Below are positions 12,270-23,622 of a stretch of 64,000 nucleotides of DNA, in pieces. This DNA is from Chlorokybus atmophyticus. Lineage: Eukaryota; Plantae; Mesostigma and Chlorokybus algae. The stretch lies in contig RHPI01002699.1 of the NCBI GenBank assembly GCA_009103225.1, forward strand, positions 348,578 through 412,577, read 5' to 3'. The notes below the pieces were generated by a model. The model was not told where the DNA came from. It worked only from the letters and a program-made list of their open reading frames with translations, and searched no databases. The position numbers were made by a program, and so were the translations under genes. Within the stretch, counting starts at the first letter, position 1. Every line of letters begins with the position of its first letter.

Positions 12270-12704
12270 AGGTTTGCATGTATGAATTCCCTCTTGCATC
12301 TTTTGTACACATGCTAGCTGCCACGTGGGTAGCCCATTGTCAACACTTGTCCTGCTGCCGTCTCGTCGCTGTCGTGATCAGCTAGTCAACACTGCCCTGC
12401 TGCCGCTGCTTGCACATACTTTGCATTGGGCACGTAGCCAGCCCTCTGGTGTATATAGTTATATAGTTTATTCCTTGTGCTGGCTTCATTTGAGTGTGCA
12501 AATGCATCAGCATGGTTGCATGTGTATACAATTCCAAGGCACAACTAGCGGCATGCACAAGGTGTATCGCAACCCACAGCAAGTCACATGCATAGCACAC
12601 GCGAGACGCAGACACCAGCTTGTATATACACCACCGAGCTAAGCAGTCACACCAAGTAGTACAGGTTTGCGTATTATACATTCCCTCTTGCATCTTTTGT
12701 ACAC
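12270..12704. repeat. Unclassified repeat B with ~41-bp direct terminal repeats; second partial copy at ~16061-16238
   Basis: AGGTTTGC...TTCCCTCTTGCATCTTTTGTACAC occurs at 12270-12310 and 12663-12704. TGTGTATACAA..CAAGGCACAACTAGCGGCATGCACAA.GTGTATCGCA is shared by 12521 and 16061. Confidence 0.7.
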
Positions 12705-13593
12705 TACCTAGCCTACTACTCCTACGGGCAAAATCCCGCGCACCACATATGCATAGGGTACGCATCGTAGCCATCCCACAAACATGCTCATTTGCAAGTA
12801 ACAAGCACAAGCACAAGCACAAGCACCAAGCACCAACACTAACAAAATTATTACACCCGGGGCCTTCATCACCTATCCTACACCACATTAAGTGCCTCAT
12901 GTACATACAATGCGCGTGGCATATGTGCAATGCAATGCAAGTGTCGAGCAGGAGGAGGCAGCAGCCAACCAACGTTAACCAACATGTGCTATGCATGCAT
13001 ACGGTATCATATACATGCATAGACAACTTACATAGCAAGCAAACCAATTGTGACTAGGCAAAGCAAGCAAACCATACACAATTTAGCCAGGGGGTGTAGC
13101 TTACTAACGCTACTACACAACCCGTTTAGCTACGTGAATGCGTATGTCTGTAAGTGCGTGCAAGTGCTGGCAGCGGTAGGCAAGATGAACCAGGCGAACA
13201 ACCTGCAGGAGACGAGGAGAGGAAAGGAGAAAGAGCAGTTGAGTGCGGGCGTGTAGGGCGTTTGCGTGTAGTGCAATGTGTATAAAGCGTGCTGTGCGTG
13301 CGTGCTGGTGAAGCGCGACAACCCCCCGCGCCATGCATGTTCGACAGCATCATCCATTACCTGTCCCAAGCACAAGTAGCAGCGTCAGGCCAATAGCAAT
13401 GGCGCAGCAGCGGTGATTGTATATAAGCATGCGGCGCAACCATGCTAGGGTACAGTGAATCATGCCTCTAGCGTCGCATTGAAGTTGTTATGTCTTGGGA
13501 AGTGGTGGTGTGGTGTGAATCTAGCGGACGCTGCACATGTACATGGTTGTAATTACGGCGTATTGAAGCACTGAATGTAATCTACGTATACAG

Positions 13594-14982
13594 TTGTGCA
13601 CGGCAACCTATGAGGAAGTGCACATGCTGCCCCAGCATATACTACAGCTACACGACACATTGAACGTGGCCAATGGTTATCACTCCACGCATGCACACAA
13701 ACCGCCCCACGCTGCCGCACTTACACATGCTGTACAAGCTGCACACGATACCCCAAAGGCACGATTCATAGCGGCGGCGTACAATACATCGCTGGTTGAT
13801 ATGTGTGTTTGGCTGGCACGTGTGTATCAAGCATTACAACCGGTGTGGCACGCTTTGTGGGCAGAGACAGTGGCGCTCCCAGGAGTACACCAGAGTTGGA
13901 TTATGTCGGACACCCGCTCTTTCTCACGGCTGCAATTAGCAGTTAACACAACACGTTCAGCGGCTGACAAGCGTCAACACATAGGCTGCAAACTTTTGAC
14001 TTTGCAACACTTTACACCACGATCCCACACTTAGATCTGCTGGAACGCATCACCGAGCTCGTCGAAGCCAGCTTTGAGTACAAATTGAGAAAGGACAGAA
14101 CCACACACCTCCACCTGACCGTACAGCCTGACGGTACAGTACTGCACAGGTGGACAGCTGTGGCGACATATAGGGTCGATAATGACCGCATGTGGAGGAC
14201 ATGTACACCGCCGCTGATGTACAGCATGCTGCAGTTCCTGTTGGGCAACCTGTATCTGCGCACGGCCAGTGATGAAGTCTACAGACAAACGGTGGGAGTA
14301 CCCATGGGCAACAACGCCGGCGCCCATCTAGCGAACGGCTACTTGTTGTCGCACGAGCGCCGGTTTGCACGCTGCTTGCGTGCCACTGGGGACATGTCCC
14401 GGCTGTCGGCTTGCGCAAGGGGCGTGCTACGCTACATTGATGACCTCTTTGTAGCGGACAAAGATGATTTTGCTGCGCTGCTGTACATGGGCAGCGACAT
14501 TCCGGGAGGAGGCCTGTACCCGAGGCATGCACTGACAGTGACATGCACAGAGGCGGGTACCTCACTGCCTTTTTTTGGATCTGACTGTATTTCAAACGGC
14601 GCGCGGATTGTGCACGAAGTTATATAGCAAAAGAGATATGCCGGAATTCAGTGGCATCCTGCGACACCGAGCGCCTCTGCCAGAATCAAATGTAAGGAGT
14701 GTCAAATTAGGCGTGGTGGAATCATCACAGTACACACGTTTCGTGCGTACTTGCACATACCGCAGTCATTTTGTCACGGCCATGGCTGCGCTGCTGGCAT
14801 CCATGCAAGCGGATGGACACTCTGTGAAGCGGATGTTGGCGACTTTGAGGCAACACATGATACGTGACATCGCATATGCGTACTGCACGCCCCCAGCTCT
14901 ACTGTATAAGATAGTGTACCAGGCGCTGCAGAAGCACCGGCGCGCAAACGCAGCGCTCACCACGCAGTGTGATGCACTGTAA
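13594..14982 (+). pseudogene. Penelope-like element reverse transcriptase (Naiad/Chlamys-type), two frameshifts
   Basis: Joining three frames gives TPKARFIAAA...WIMSDT, then FDFATLYTTIPH (13995-), YRQTVGVPMG, RYIDD, GLYP, LPF(L)DL, TKLYSKRD and GVVESSQYTRFVRTC. These are RT motifs characteristic of PLEs. Frameshifts at ~13981 and in a T-run at ~14570. Confidence 0.88.
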
Positions 14983-16614
14983 TAATGCGCGGGGAGCAAA
15001 TTGCCTGGTAACGCAGGGTGCCCGTGCGACAGACAAACCTAGCCAACCCCACCAGCCAACCCTACTGACCAAACCTAACCGCCAGTGACACAGTGGCCCT
15101 GCATGCGGCAGTGCTGACATTGGCACTGCGCGAGAAGGGTTAGGGTAGTGAGAGACGCAACAGCAGAAACTGCGTGGCAGAGTGGGTGGCTGGAGGAAAG
15201 GGAGAGCAGGCGGAAGGGAGGGAGTCGTCATGCTGTACTGCTGCTGCTGCTGCTGCTGCCTTTGCCAACACCAACTGACAGAGCCTGTGTGGGCAGGTAA
15301 TAATGTTAAAGGTATCACATGGGTGATGCTTGTATCCGGTCAGCTTGCCCTCTACAAAAGAGTCGAGAGTCGAAGGTATGGTCTGAGCACGTGGACTCCG
15401 GACTTAGCAAGATGGTCGAGCCAGGACGGACTCCGGACCAGATGCTGAGTAGAGCGTTGGGAGAAACCGCGTAGCTTCGTGGATACGTAAGCTTGGCAGG
15501 CGTGGCTTAGCTTGTTGGAAAGCTCTGGTTGTGAGCTAGACAGCGTAGCTTACAGAACAGCAATCGGCTGAGTATAGCGCACGCGGTGCTTGCCAATGTA
15601 GACGTGTGTAGAGACTGGCGGGGTATAAAGCCCAGACTTGTTGCAATGAAGATAAGAGGTCACGATGTAGCATGTGTGCGGATGCTATGGCGGCAGTAGC
15701 AGTCATGCTCTTGTGTAAATGTTGTTGGCGTGTCACTTGCACGTGTGTATGTCAACAAATAATACACTACTTATACGCATGTATGCATGTCTAACGTGGA
15801 GGTCTAGAGTGGTATAGTGTAGTGAGGAACAAACAGTGTGTAGTCCGGTGGTTGTGCTGTAATGTGCTTGCATGTTGCTGTTTGGCATGCTGTGAGTGAG
15901 GTCATGCATGTCTCCAACTACTGCCAGCATGTCCCATACAGTTGTAAACTTCACCTTTCTCCTCAGAATTGCTTTTGGTCCACCATGTTGCAGCAGTAGT
16001 ATGCCTTGTTTGTGACAGTACATGCCACCCTGCACAGCACCACAATCTACATATACGCGATGTGTATACAAATCTAAGGCACAACTAGCGGCATGCACAA
16101 AGTGTATCGCAGCCAACCCACATGCGTAGCACACGTGAGACGCAGACAATGTGCAGTGCACTGTGCTGCTCCACCTCAAACGCGGTCACACTCATCCACA
16201 TCACACATATCACACAACCCGTCTTACTTTTGTACACAACACCCCCACATCACGCTGCTGCGCCGCCCATGCCACCCACTGCACAGCTTGGTATGTACGC
16301 CGCATGCCCTGCTAAACATGACATGCGTCCAAGTGCATGCAGCCCCCTGTGGTGGTAGAGAAACCTGGCCAGCGATGGACATTCTGCGGACATAACAACT
16401 GTACAACGGCAATACGGATGGGCAGTTCCCGAGTTTAGTAGCAATAATGCTGACAGATATCACTCGGGCGCCGCAAAGGCAGTTTAGCATGACATAGCAG
16501 CCTACTGCCAACAAGCGCTATCAACAACAGGTTACAGACCATATGGGGGCTATGTACAGGGAAAGCGGCTTAGCAACACGCCATATACAGCAGCACCAAC
16601 ACAGTGCATACGAT

Positions 16615-19266
16615 TTAAGCTAGGCTTTGGATGAGCTGGCTGTACCATGGAGCAAAGACCTGTACATTCACTCCCGCAACACGGTTTGCTTCTGCCGCAT
16701 ACGCAAAAACTTCATCCGCCAGTCCAACGGCACCACAGCGCTGGAGACTCGTAATGGCGGCAGCCTTGCCGGAGGCAGACCCCAACAACAGGTAGCTGCG
16801 GACGGCACCCACAATATTCGCAAACACACTTTGGAAGACCTGGTTGCCTTCAGAGATGGTCTTCGTGATGAGAGCGCCAAGCAGCTGGGCAGTTCCCGCA
16901 GCCTTGTCTTCTGAGAGCACGTCTGAGGCGACTATTTGAGCGGCAGCAGCCAGATCCTGCAAGCGCGTGCCCTCCTTGTCGAGGAGCACTCGCACGGAGG
17001 TTTTATACTCAGCGTAAGCGCTGTCAATGACAGTGCGGCTCACAGACTTAGCTGCCAAAGTTTGCTGAAGCAGCAATCCGGCCGTCGCTGTGACAACAAG
17101 CCGCTGCACATTGTTTTGCAGACGGTGCAGGCGGGCGGCATCCAGCTGCAAAGTTTCGGTGAGGGTTTCCGGTTGAACTGGTGTTGTTCTGGCCAACAAC
17201 TGCATGATGCCCACACGCACGACGGCAGCCGGCGACTTCCAGTCATTAGCTGATGAGACGATGGCGTGAAGCTCGGGGGCATCTGCTGTTGGTGCTGAAG
17301 TGCTGGCAACTGATGTTGCCTTCCGACCCGCGCTCATGACAGCTGGCACAGCGGGCCTGCTGGTGGACACGGATGCAACATGGGGGGAGAGCTCATCTTG
17401 AACGCGTGGGAGACTCTGCAATGCAGTAGCAAGCCAAGACTCGGTTCTCACGAGCTTCACGCGAAGCTCGTCGACATTGCCCGCCGGCGCAACCTCTCTG
17501 CTGAACCACTTGCGGATGTAATCGACGCCGGCTGCAGAGTTGACCACAGGTGCAAGAGCACGCAGACGCGCGCGCGACACATCCACCTTCAACTGTTGAA
17601 GTTGTTCCATAAGGAAGCGCAAGCCTTGAGCGACAACTTGCCCAGATACACTGTTGTCATCTGGATCAGGCTCTGAAGTGGCATGCAGCTTCTCAATCAG
17701 CTCTTTGTACGCAGCCTTCAACTCGATGTCCTTGGCTGGAGCGCACAGCCGCAAGTAGATGGAGAACACATAGTTTAACAGGTTCAACATGTTGAGCTGG
17801 TTGCTTTGCAGCATCTGCTTCATTAGCTCGGTGTCCAAGTGCTCCTGGAGCTGTTGTCGCTCGGATGAAGGCACCAGACTTGACAGTTCCGTTCGAAGCT
17901 CATCAACCTGGAGGATACAAACATGAGATACTAGTCAAAGTATTATAAACACAGGGCGAAGCGCTGAAGACATGCAGCAACCACTCACCAGAGAAACAAC
18001 CCGATCATAGTTCTTGTTGTCAACGGATTGTGCGACACTATCCCAAAACGCACGCTCCATGGCTGCTTTCAACCGCTGCTGCAACTCAGAGGGTGCAGGT
18101 TGCGCACCTTCAGCAGCGTTGGCGTGCAACAACTCAGGGTTGTGCAACAACTCGTACGCAATCTGAGCCTTGTGAACTCCAGGCTGTGGCGACGGTGGCT
18201 TAAGATCCTGCAAGGCACAGGCCAGCGTGAGACTGGTTGCGTTTGGATTGTGCGACACACTCTAGTTGAATTGAGAGCATACAACAGATACTCACCTGGG
18301 CTTCAGGTGGTGGTGAGTCGCTCATGGCTTGGTTGGAATCTTCATCATCAACAGTGGACGCAAGCTCCTCAGCCTGCCTGGCAGCATGTGCCTCACGAGC
18401 AGCCATCAGCGCTGCTTCCAAGCGAGCCAAACCTGACGCACCCGACAGCTTGGAGATGCGCTCGCGGAGCAGCACTTGATCCCGTTGTACCTTGAAGCCA
18501 CCAGTCAGACAATGGAGGCCAACATGACCATGCAAGCAGTATGTAAGAAGCTTCACCTGCTCCCGGATTGCCTGCATGTCAGTGTTGCGCAATTGAGCAC
18601 GATCACTGTTGCTGCGATCCAACATGGACAGCTCCATGACATGCGCCATGCCGATGAGCTCGGACTCCAGGCTTGCTGCATCGTGCGACTTCCATGCCAC
18701 GAACTGGTCAAGATACTCCACCCAGGCCTCATCAAAGGCTACCAACAGGGTTGTGAAGGGTCTGGACCTGTCAGTGTGGATTGAGTAACATACTCATTTC
18801 AAGTAGCCTCTCACTTCTGCCTGCAATGTCACTATACCTGCTATTCGGTGCAGGAGATGAGCAGGGTGAAGGAGGAGGAGTGGATCCCGCAGATGCATTG
18901 TTCATGTGATACCTCACCAACTCCTCAAACGTGTGAAGGAGCTTCCGTGCTGATGCCAGCAATGCCAGCTCGCGCTCGCCCTGATAGACAAGGCAGGTAT
19001 GAGCTCTCTGCAACGCAGACACAATTGCTAAACACAACCTTAACCAACTCTTACCTGGGTGCTCAACACATACTCAGGATGGCCGACCATGATGTAAGCG
19101 CTCAAGAAGATGCGTGGTGGGAAGCGTGGTGTGGGAGTAACTGCACCCTTCACGCCCCTTTTCTTGGGTGTCATGCGCTGCGCAAGTACACCAACATTGA
19201 GTTTCTCACGTAATCTGTTGCTAGTACCAGTTTCTCCTTGTGGGTCTTGCCAATGTTTTGCGGCGG

Positions 19267-19300
<34 letters not shown>

Positions 19301-21570
19301 NNNNNNNNNNNNNNNNNNNNNNNNNNNNNNNNNNNNNNNNNNNNNNNNNNNNNNNNNNNNNNNNNNNNNNNNNNNNNNNNNNNNNNNNNNNNNNNNNNNN
19401 NNNNNNNNNNNNNNNNNNNNNNNNNNNNNNNNNNNNNNNNNNNNNNNNNNNNNNNNNNNNNNNNNNNNNNNNNNNNNNNNNNNNNNNNNNNNNNNNNNNN
19501 NNNNNNNNNNNNNNNNNNNNNNNNNNNNNNNNNNNNNNNNNNNNNNNNNNNNNNNNNNNNNNNNNNNNNNNNNNNNNNNNNNNNNNNNNNNNNNNNNNNN
19601 NNNNNNNNNNNNNNNNNNNNNNNNNNNNNNNNNNNNNNNNNNNNNNNNNNNNNNNNNNNNNNNNNNNNNNNNNNNNNNNNNNNNNNNNNNNNNNNNNNNN
19701 NNNNNNNNNNNNNNNNNNNNNNNNNNNNNNNNNNNNNNNNNNNNNNNNNNNNNNNNNNNNNNNNNNNNNNNNNNNNNNNNNNNNNNNNNNNNNNNNNNNN
19801 NNNNNNNNNNNNNNNNNNNNNNNNNNNNNNNNNNNNNNNNNNNNNNNNNNNNNNNNNNNNNNNGGGCGCATGAGTGTTGAATGTTGAAGAGTACCTGCAG
19901 AAGCTTTTCTGTGGCTTGAGTGCGGTGGGGATCTGCGTGACCGCCAAGGGCAAGCTTGTCCTCCAAGCGACTCAACAGCATTCGAGTCGCTCGCAGTGAG
20001 ACGGGAGACTGAATCTTTTGGGCAAGAACTTCAAACTCCACGCTCTGTGCAATACAGGCACCATGTCAGATCAGCGCACAAGCTGGCCAGCTCTAGGCCA
20101 GCTGATCAGCGAGCAGCACTCCATGCTTAACACGTACCTGAATTGACTCGCTGTCCAAGCCACGGGCAACAAAGTCTGTCATTAAAGATGCCGTTGTCCG
20201 CCCGTTCGCTTGAAACTGCCGCCAGCAGCGCTGCAACCGCTGGCATGCTGCAAGAGCGCGAGTTGTGGCAAGGCGCTTCTCCTACAAACAGATGCAAAGA
20301 TCAGCTCGCGCACAATGCACACATTGACGCAGATAAGAGCGGGTTGTCAGGAAGCTCAATGAGGGAAGTGAGCACTCGCCTTATCGGATGCTCCACGGCG
20401 AGAGCGCAAGCGTTCAGAGCGACGGCAGCGAGCATTCTTGAGGGCAGCTTCTAATGCCGCTCTGCGGCCAAGCTGCTCACGGATGCAGCGTTCCCGCTGC
20501 GCACGAGCCACAGCGACTGCACGGGAAACAAGAGCAGCAGCGCGCGCTCGTTCCTGTGCCAGCAACTCCTGGCGTTTGGCCTCTGCTGCTGCCACCTGCA
20601 CATGTTCAAACATGTAAGCACGCACATACAGACGCACTGAGCACATGAAGCCAGCGTATGCTGCAGACAAAGCAAGCCAAAAACTGACCTTCTGGTTGAG
20701 TGTGCGCTCCAATGCCTCGCGGTCGCGTTCAGCGCGCTCCTGCAACTTGCCGTACCGCTCAATGACCAGCGCATGGGAACGTGTGAGGCGGCTCTTCTCT
20801 TCCTCCATCAACAGCTGACGGTTCCGCTCAGCATTGTCCAGACGCTCCTGCAGCCTGTCAAGTTTGTCTCTCATCCGCTTCTCAACAGCCGCCTTGTCTG
20901 ACACCAACACCTCACGCACTCGAGCCTTGCTCGCCATCCATTGGTGAAACTCCTATCACACAGGTTGTCAGTACAATTGACGACACATGCAGCATTCGCC
21001 GAACCTACCCGCTGACCACACATGCAGCATGATCCACAACTGGGTGCTCAAATCACTGTGCATGCAACTTGACCGACACCACCTGAATTGCAGCATCAAG
21101 TCCAAAATGCAGTGACACGACCAAAACCAGGACAGGCAGGAAGTGACATTGACAGGCGAGTAGTAGCAATTGAACAGCTGCCAATTGCCCCACACAAGCG
21201 TACAGCTGCAATTGCACTTCAACGAGTCCTCCACAAAACCCGCCACAACAGCTGCAGTGGCACTTAACATTGATTCTGACGCTGCCAAGACGTGTGGACC
21301 TGCACGGCACAGCATGCGCAAGCATCCGCAGCACACCTCTCGCTTCCTGCGGGCGGAGTCAAGCCTGGTCTGGATGTCCTCCAGCGAGCAGCAGGAGCGA
21401 GCGGACAACGCTGAGGTGGTCATCGACTCGGACGACGCCGACCTCGCCGTCATGGATCCCGCCGCAGCCTCCTCCTGCTGCGCCTTAGCCCGCCAGCGCC
21501 GCCTGACAGCCTGCGGCAGGGGACTCAGCGTACCCACGTCGGCGCCGGAGGCCTCCACCACCACCTCCAT
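16615..21570 (-). CDS. T-complex protein 11 (TCP11)-family protein, plant type; multi-exon, interrupted by an assembly gap
   Basis: N-terminal coiled coil, then QRCWRQF, RFPPRIFLSAYIMVGHPE, FDEAWVEYLDQFVAWKSHDAASLE and AMERAFWDSV, and a long last exon with LCAPAKD. These match plant TCP11 proteins, and splice sites are in phase. Confidence 0.88.
19301..19863. other. Assembly gap (N run) preceded by poly-G
   Basis: Ns are visible directly. A second 10-N gap lies at 59680-59689. Confidence 0.98.
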
Positions 21571-23350
21571 GGCGCCCGGGGCGGCGGCGGCAGGCAAGCA
21601 GGCAAACAAGCTGCTACACCTGCACAATCCACACACTCTCCGCCACGCCTACCAAACCCCCACCTGTCTTATCAACCACTAAGCCTACAGTACACACACC
21701 AGCATGTGCTAACTGAGAGTGATGGACTTCCGCTACTAAGCCAAACCTTCCCTATCCTCACACGTGCCCTCACGTGCCTCGCCACCTCAGCGCCTTCCTT
21801 AACGTCACGGCCACCGCCACCGCCGCCGCTCCCGCCCGCTAGCACAGGCTCGTGCCACGCAATAGCAACCACGAGACAGTGGCTGCGTGCTCATGCATGA
21901 AGTATTCCTAACAGAGCAATTGCCACTGGAGACTTTCCAGTGGAGCTTTATGAATCCCCGTGCAGTGAATCGCATCATGTGTGAATCACATGATGTTACT
22001 TCGGATGATTGCGAAGCGGTGTACGGGGAGTTTGTGCCCCTCTGCTGCACAGGGCTTTGCTGCTTGGGGGAGCGCGGAGCAGCGGTGTACTGTGACGGGT
22101 GCGTGCACGCAGGTCCAGAGTCCACACTCTGGAACGTGCGGTAGTCCGCTTCCGGGCAGCTCACTTGTGCGATCTCGGGTTGCCCTCGCGGGTTGAGGCC
22201 CTCGCATGTTCCTCACATGCGGACAATTGTCACATGACCAGGCACAATGACTCATGTGATGAAGAGCCCCCATCAACAATTCAATTCTTGCAAAGCGGTA
22301 TTATTTAACCCACTTTACAGAAGCAAGCAATGCCACACAAGAGCGTTTTTACTTTGAGAATTGCGCATGTATTGCATTGCTTGCTTCCGTAGTATAAGCA
22401 TCCGCCCTCCTTAACAACACAACCATTTTTCATGCAATCCACAGAGGTTTGTACTTGTATTAACCCCCCCCTCCTCTCAACAATATGATACACCTGCTTG
22501 TTTCGAGGTGTGAACCGGGTAGGCAATTTCAGGCAACTTGAAGGGGGGGGGGGTGGGGTGGGTAGCCTGCAGTATATGCTGACATCATGCATTGTCATCC
22601 CTCTATTTTCTTTATCTCCTGACTTTAAACATGGCATCAAAGTCACTAGCAATTCTATCCACGGGTGATGAGCTGATTGCAATATGCATGTAACTCTGGT
22701 GATGTGTGACACGAACACAACAAATAACCATAAATGTGCTCATTAATGAGCAGATATCTGTGTGTTCATTGTAGGTAACAGACGTGCGTACATTATGTAA
22801 GACAAGCACAAAATGTATATACACTCATGTTGATCTGCTTAATAGCCTTGCAACATTGCCGTGCTTCTCGCCTACCCACCCGACCGCCTTCACCCCCACT
22901 CAAGCACTTACATGTACACAAAGCACATAATTATGCATGCCTGTGCACTTGTCTTACCAATGTAGTGAGCCTGCTCGCCTTGTGCTTGTATATAATGTGC
23001 TCTCACCTCTGCATCTCTACTACTGGAAAGCCTATGTATGTACGTTTTACGGTCCTTAAGTGTTCAACATGCGTTAAGATAATATCAATGTATATGCTTA
23101 AGTCACTCGCACGTAACTACAAATGCGTAGTGTTAATGAGCATGCATAAAACATGCTGTACATGGTAAGAGCACAGCAATATGTGGCCACTGTCATTAGC
23201 CACGTTGGATGTTCCCCTGTGAAACATTAGTAGTAGTGGTGGTGCTTTAGCAATGTGCAAGCATATATCATACAGAGTCTAGCAAGCTGTGTCACGCATT
23301 CTCGTGCAAACTATGCGGATGTAAACTCATGTCCACAATTGGGTTGGGGC

Positions 23351-23622
23351 CCAACCCAACCCTGACCAGAGCATGCATTGCAAGAGCACTGCGAGGGCAC
23401 ATGCCCTGTGCCATAAGCACAACAAGCACATCTCTGCGGGCGTGTGCAGTGCGCGAGGGGTCACGCGTACACTGCACAAGGCAGCCAGCTGCGAAGTGAC
23501 GGGCAAAAGAAGCGCAGTGAGGCGGATGGGGAGAGGAGGATGAGGGGAGTCATCGTTGCTGAGTGCATGTTGATGTGCTGGCCAACTTCCGACCACTAAC
23601 AGCAGTCCATGTGGGCAGATAA
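23351..23622 (+). repeat. Dispersed ORF-less repeat related to the 3' region of the Penelope-like elements; another copy at ~41321-41610 (-)
   Basis: CCCAACCCTGACC.GAGCATGCA.TGC.AGAGCACTGC...CTGCACAAGGCAGC.AGCTGCG matches the reverse complement of 41455-41590. All four related segments end in (A/G)TGGGCAG(G/A)T. Confidence 0.7.

Noticed and set aside
11226-15310. Hammerhead ribozymes or selenocysteine read-through in the Penelope-like copies
   Set aside because: No CTGANGA/GAAA core found by eye in the flanks. The in-frame stop checked in the minus copy (after ...VSRTA) is TAA, not TGA.
19270-19863. Poly-G run and long poly-Pro/poly-X ORFs
   Set aside because: Poly-G abutting an N gap is a typical sequencing/assembly artefact, and the ORFs are just gap translations.
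21805-22310. GC-rich block with several 70-120 aa ORFs upstream of TCP11
   Set aside because: No motif recognised in any frame and no consistent splice chain.
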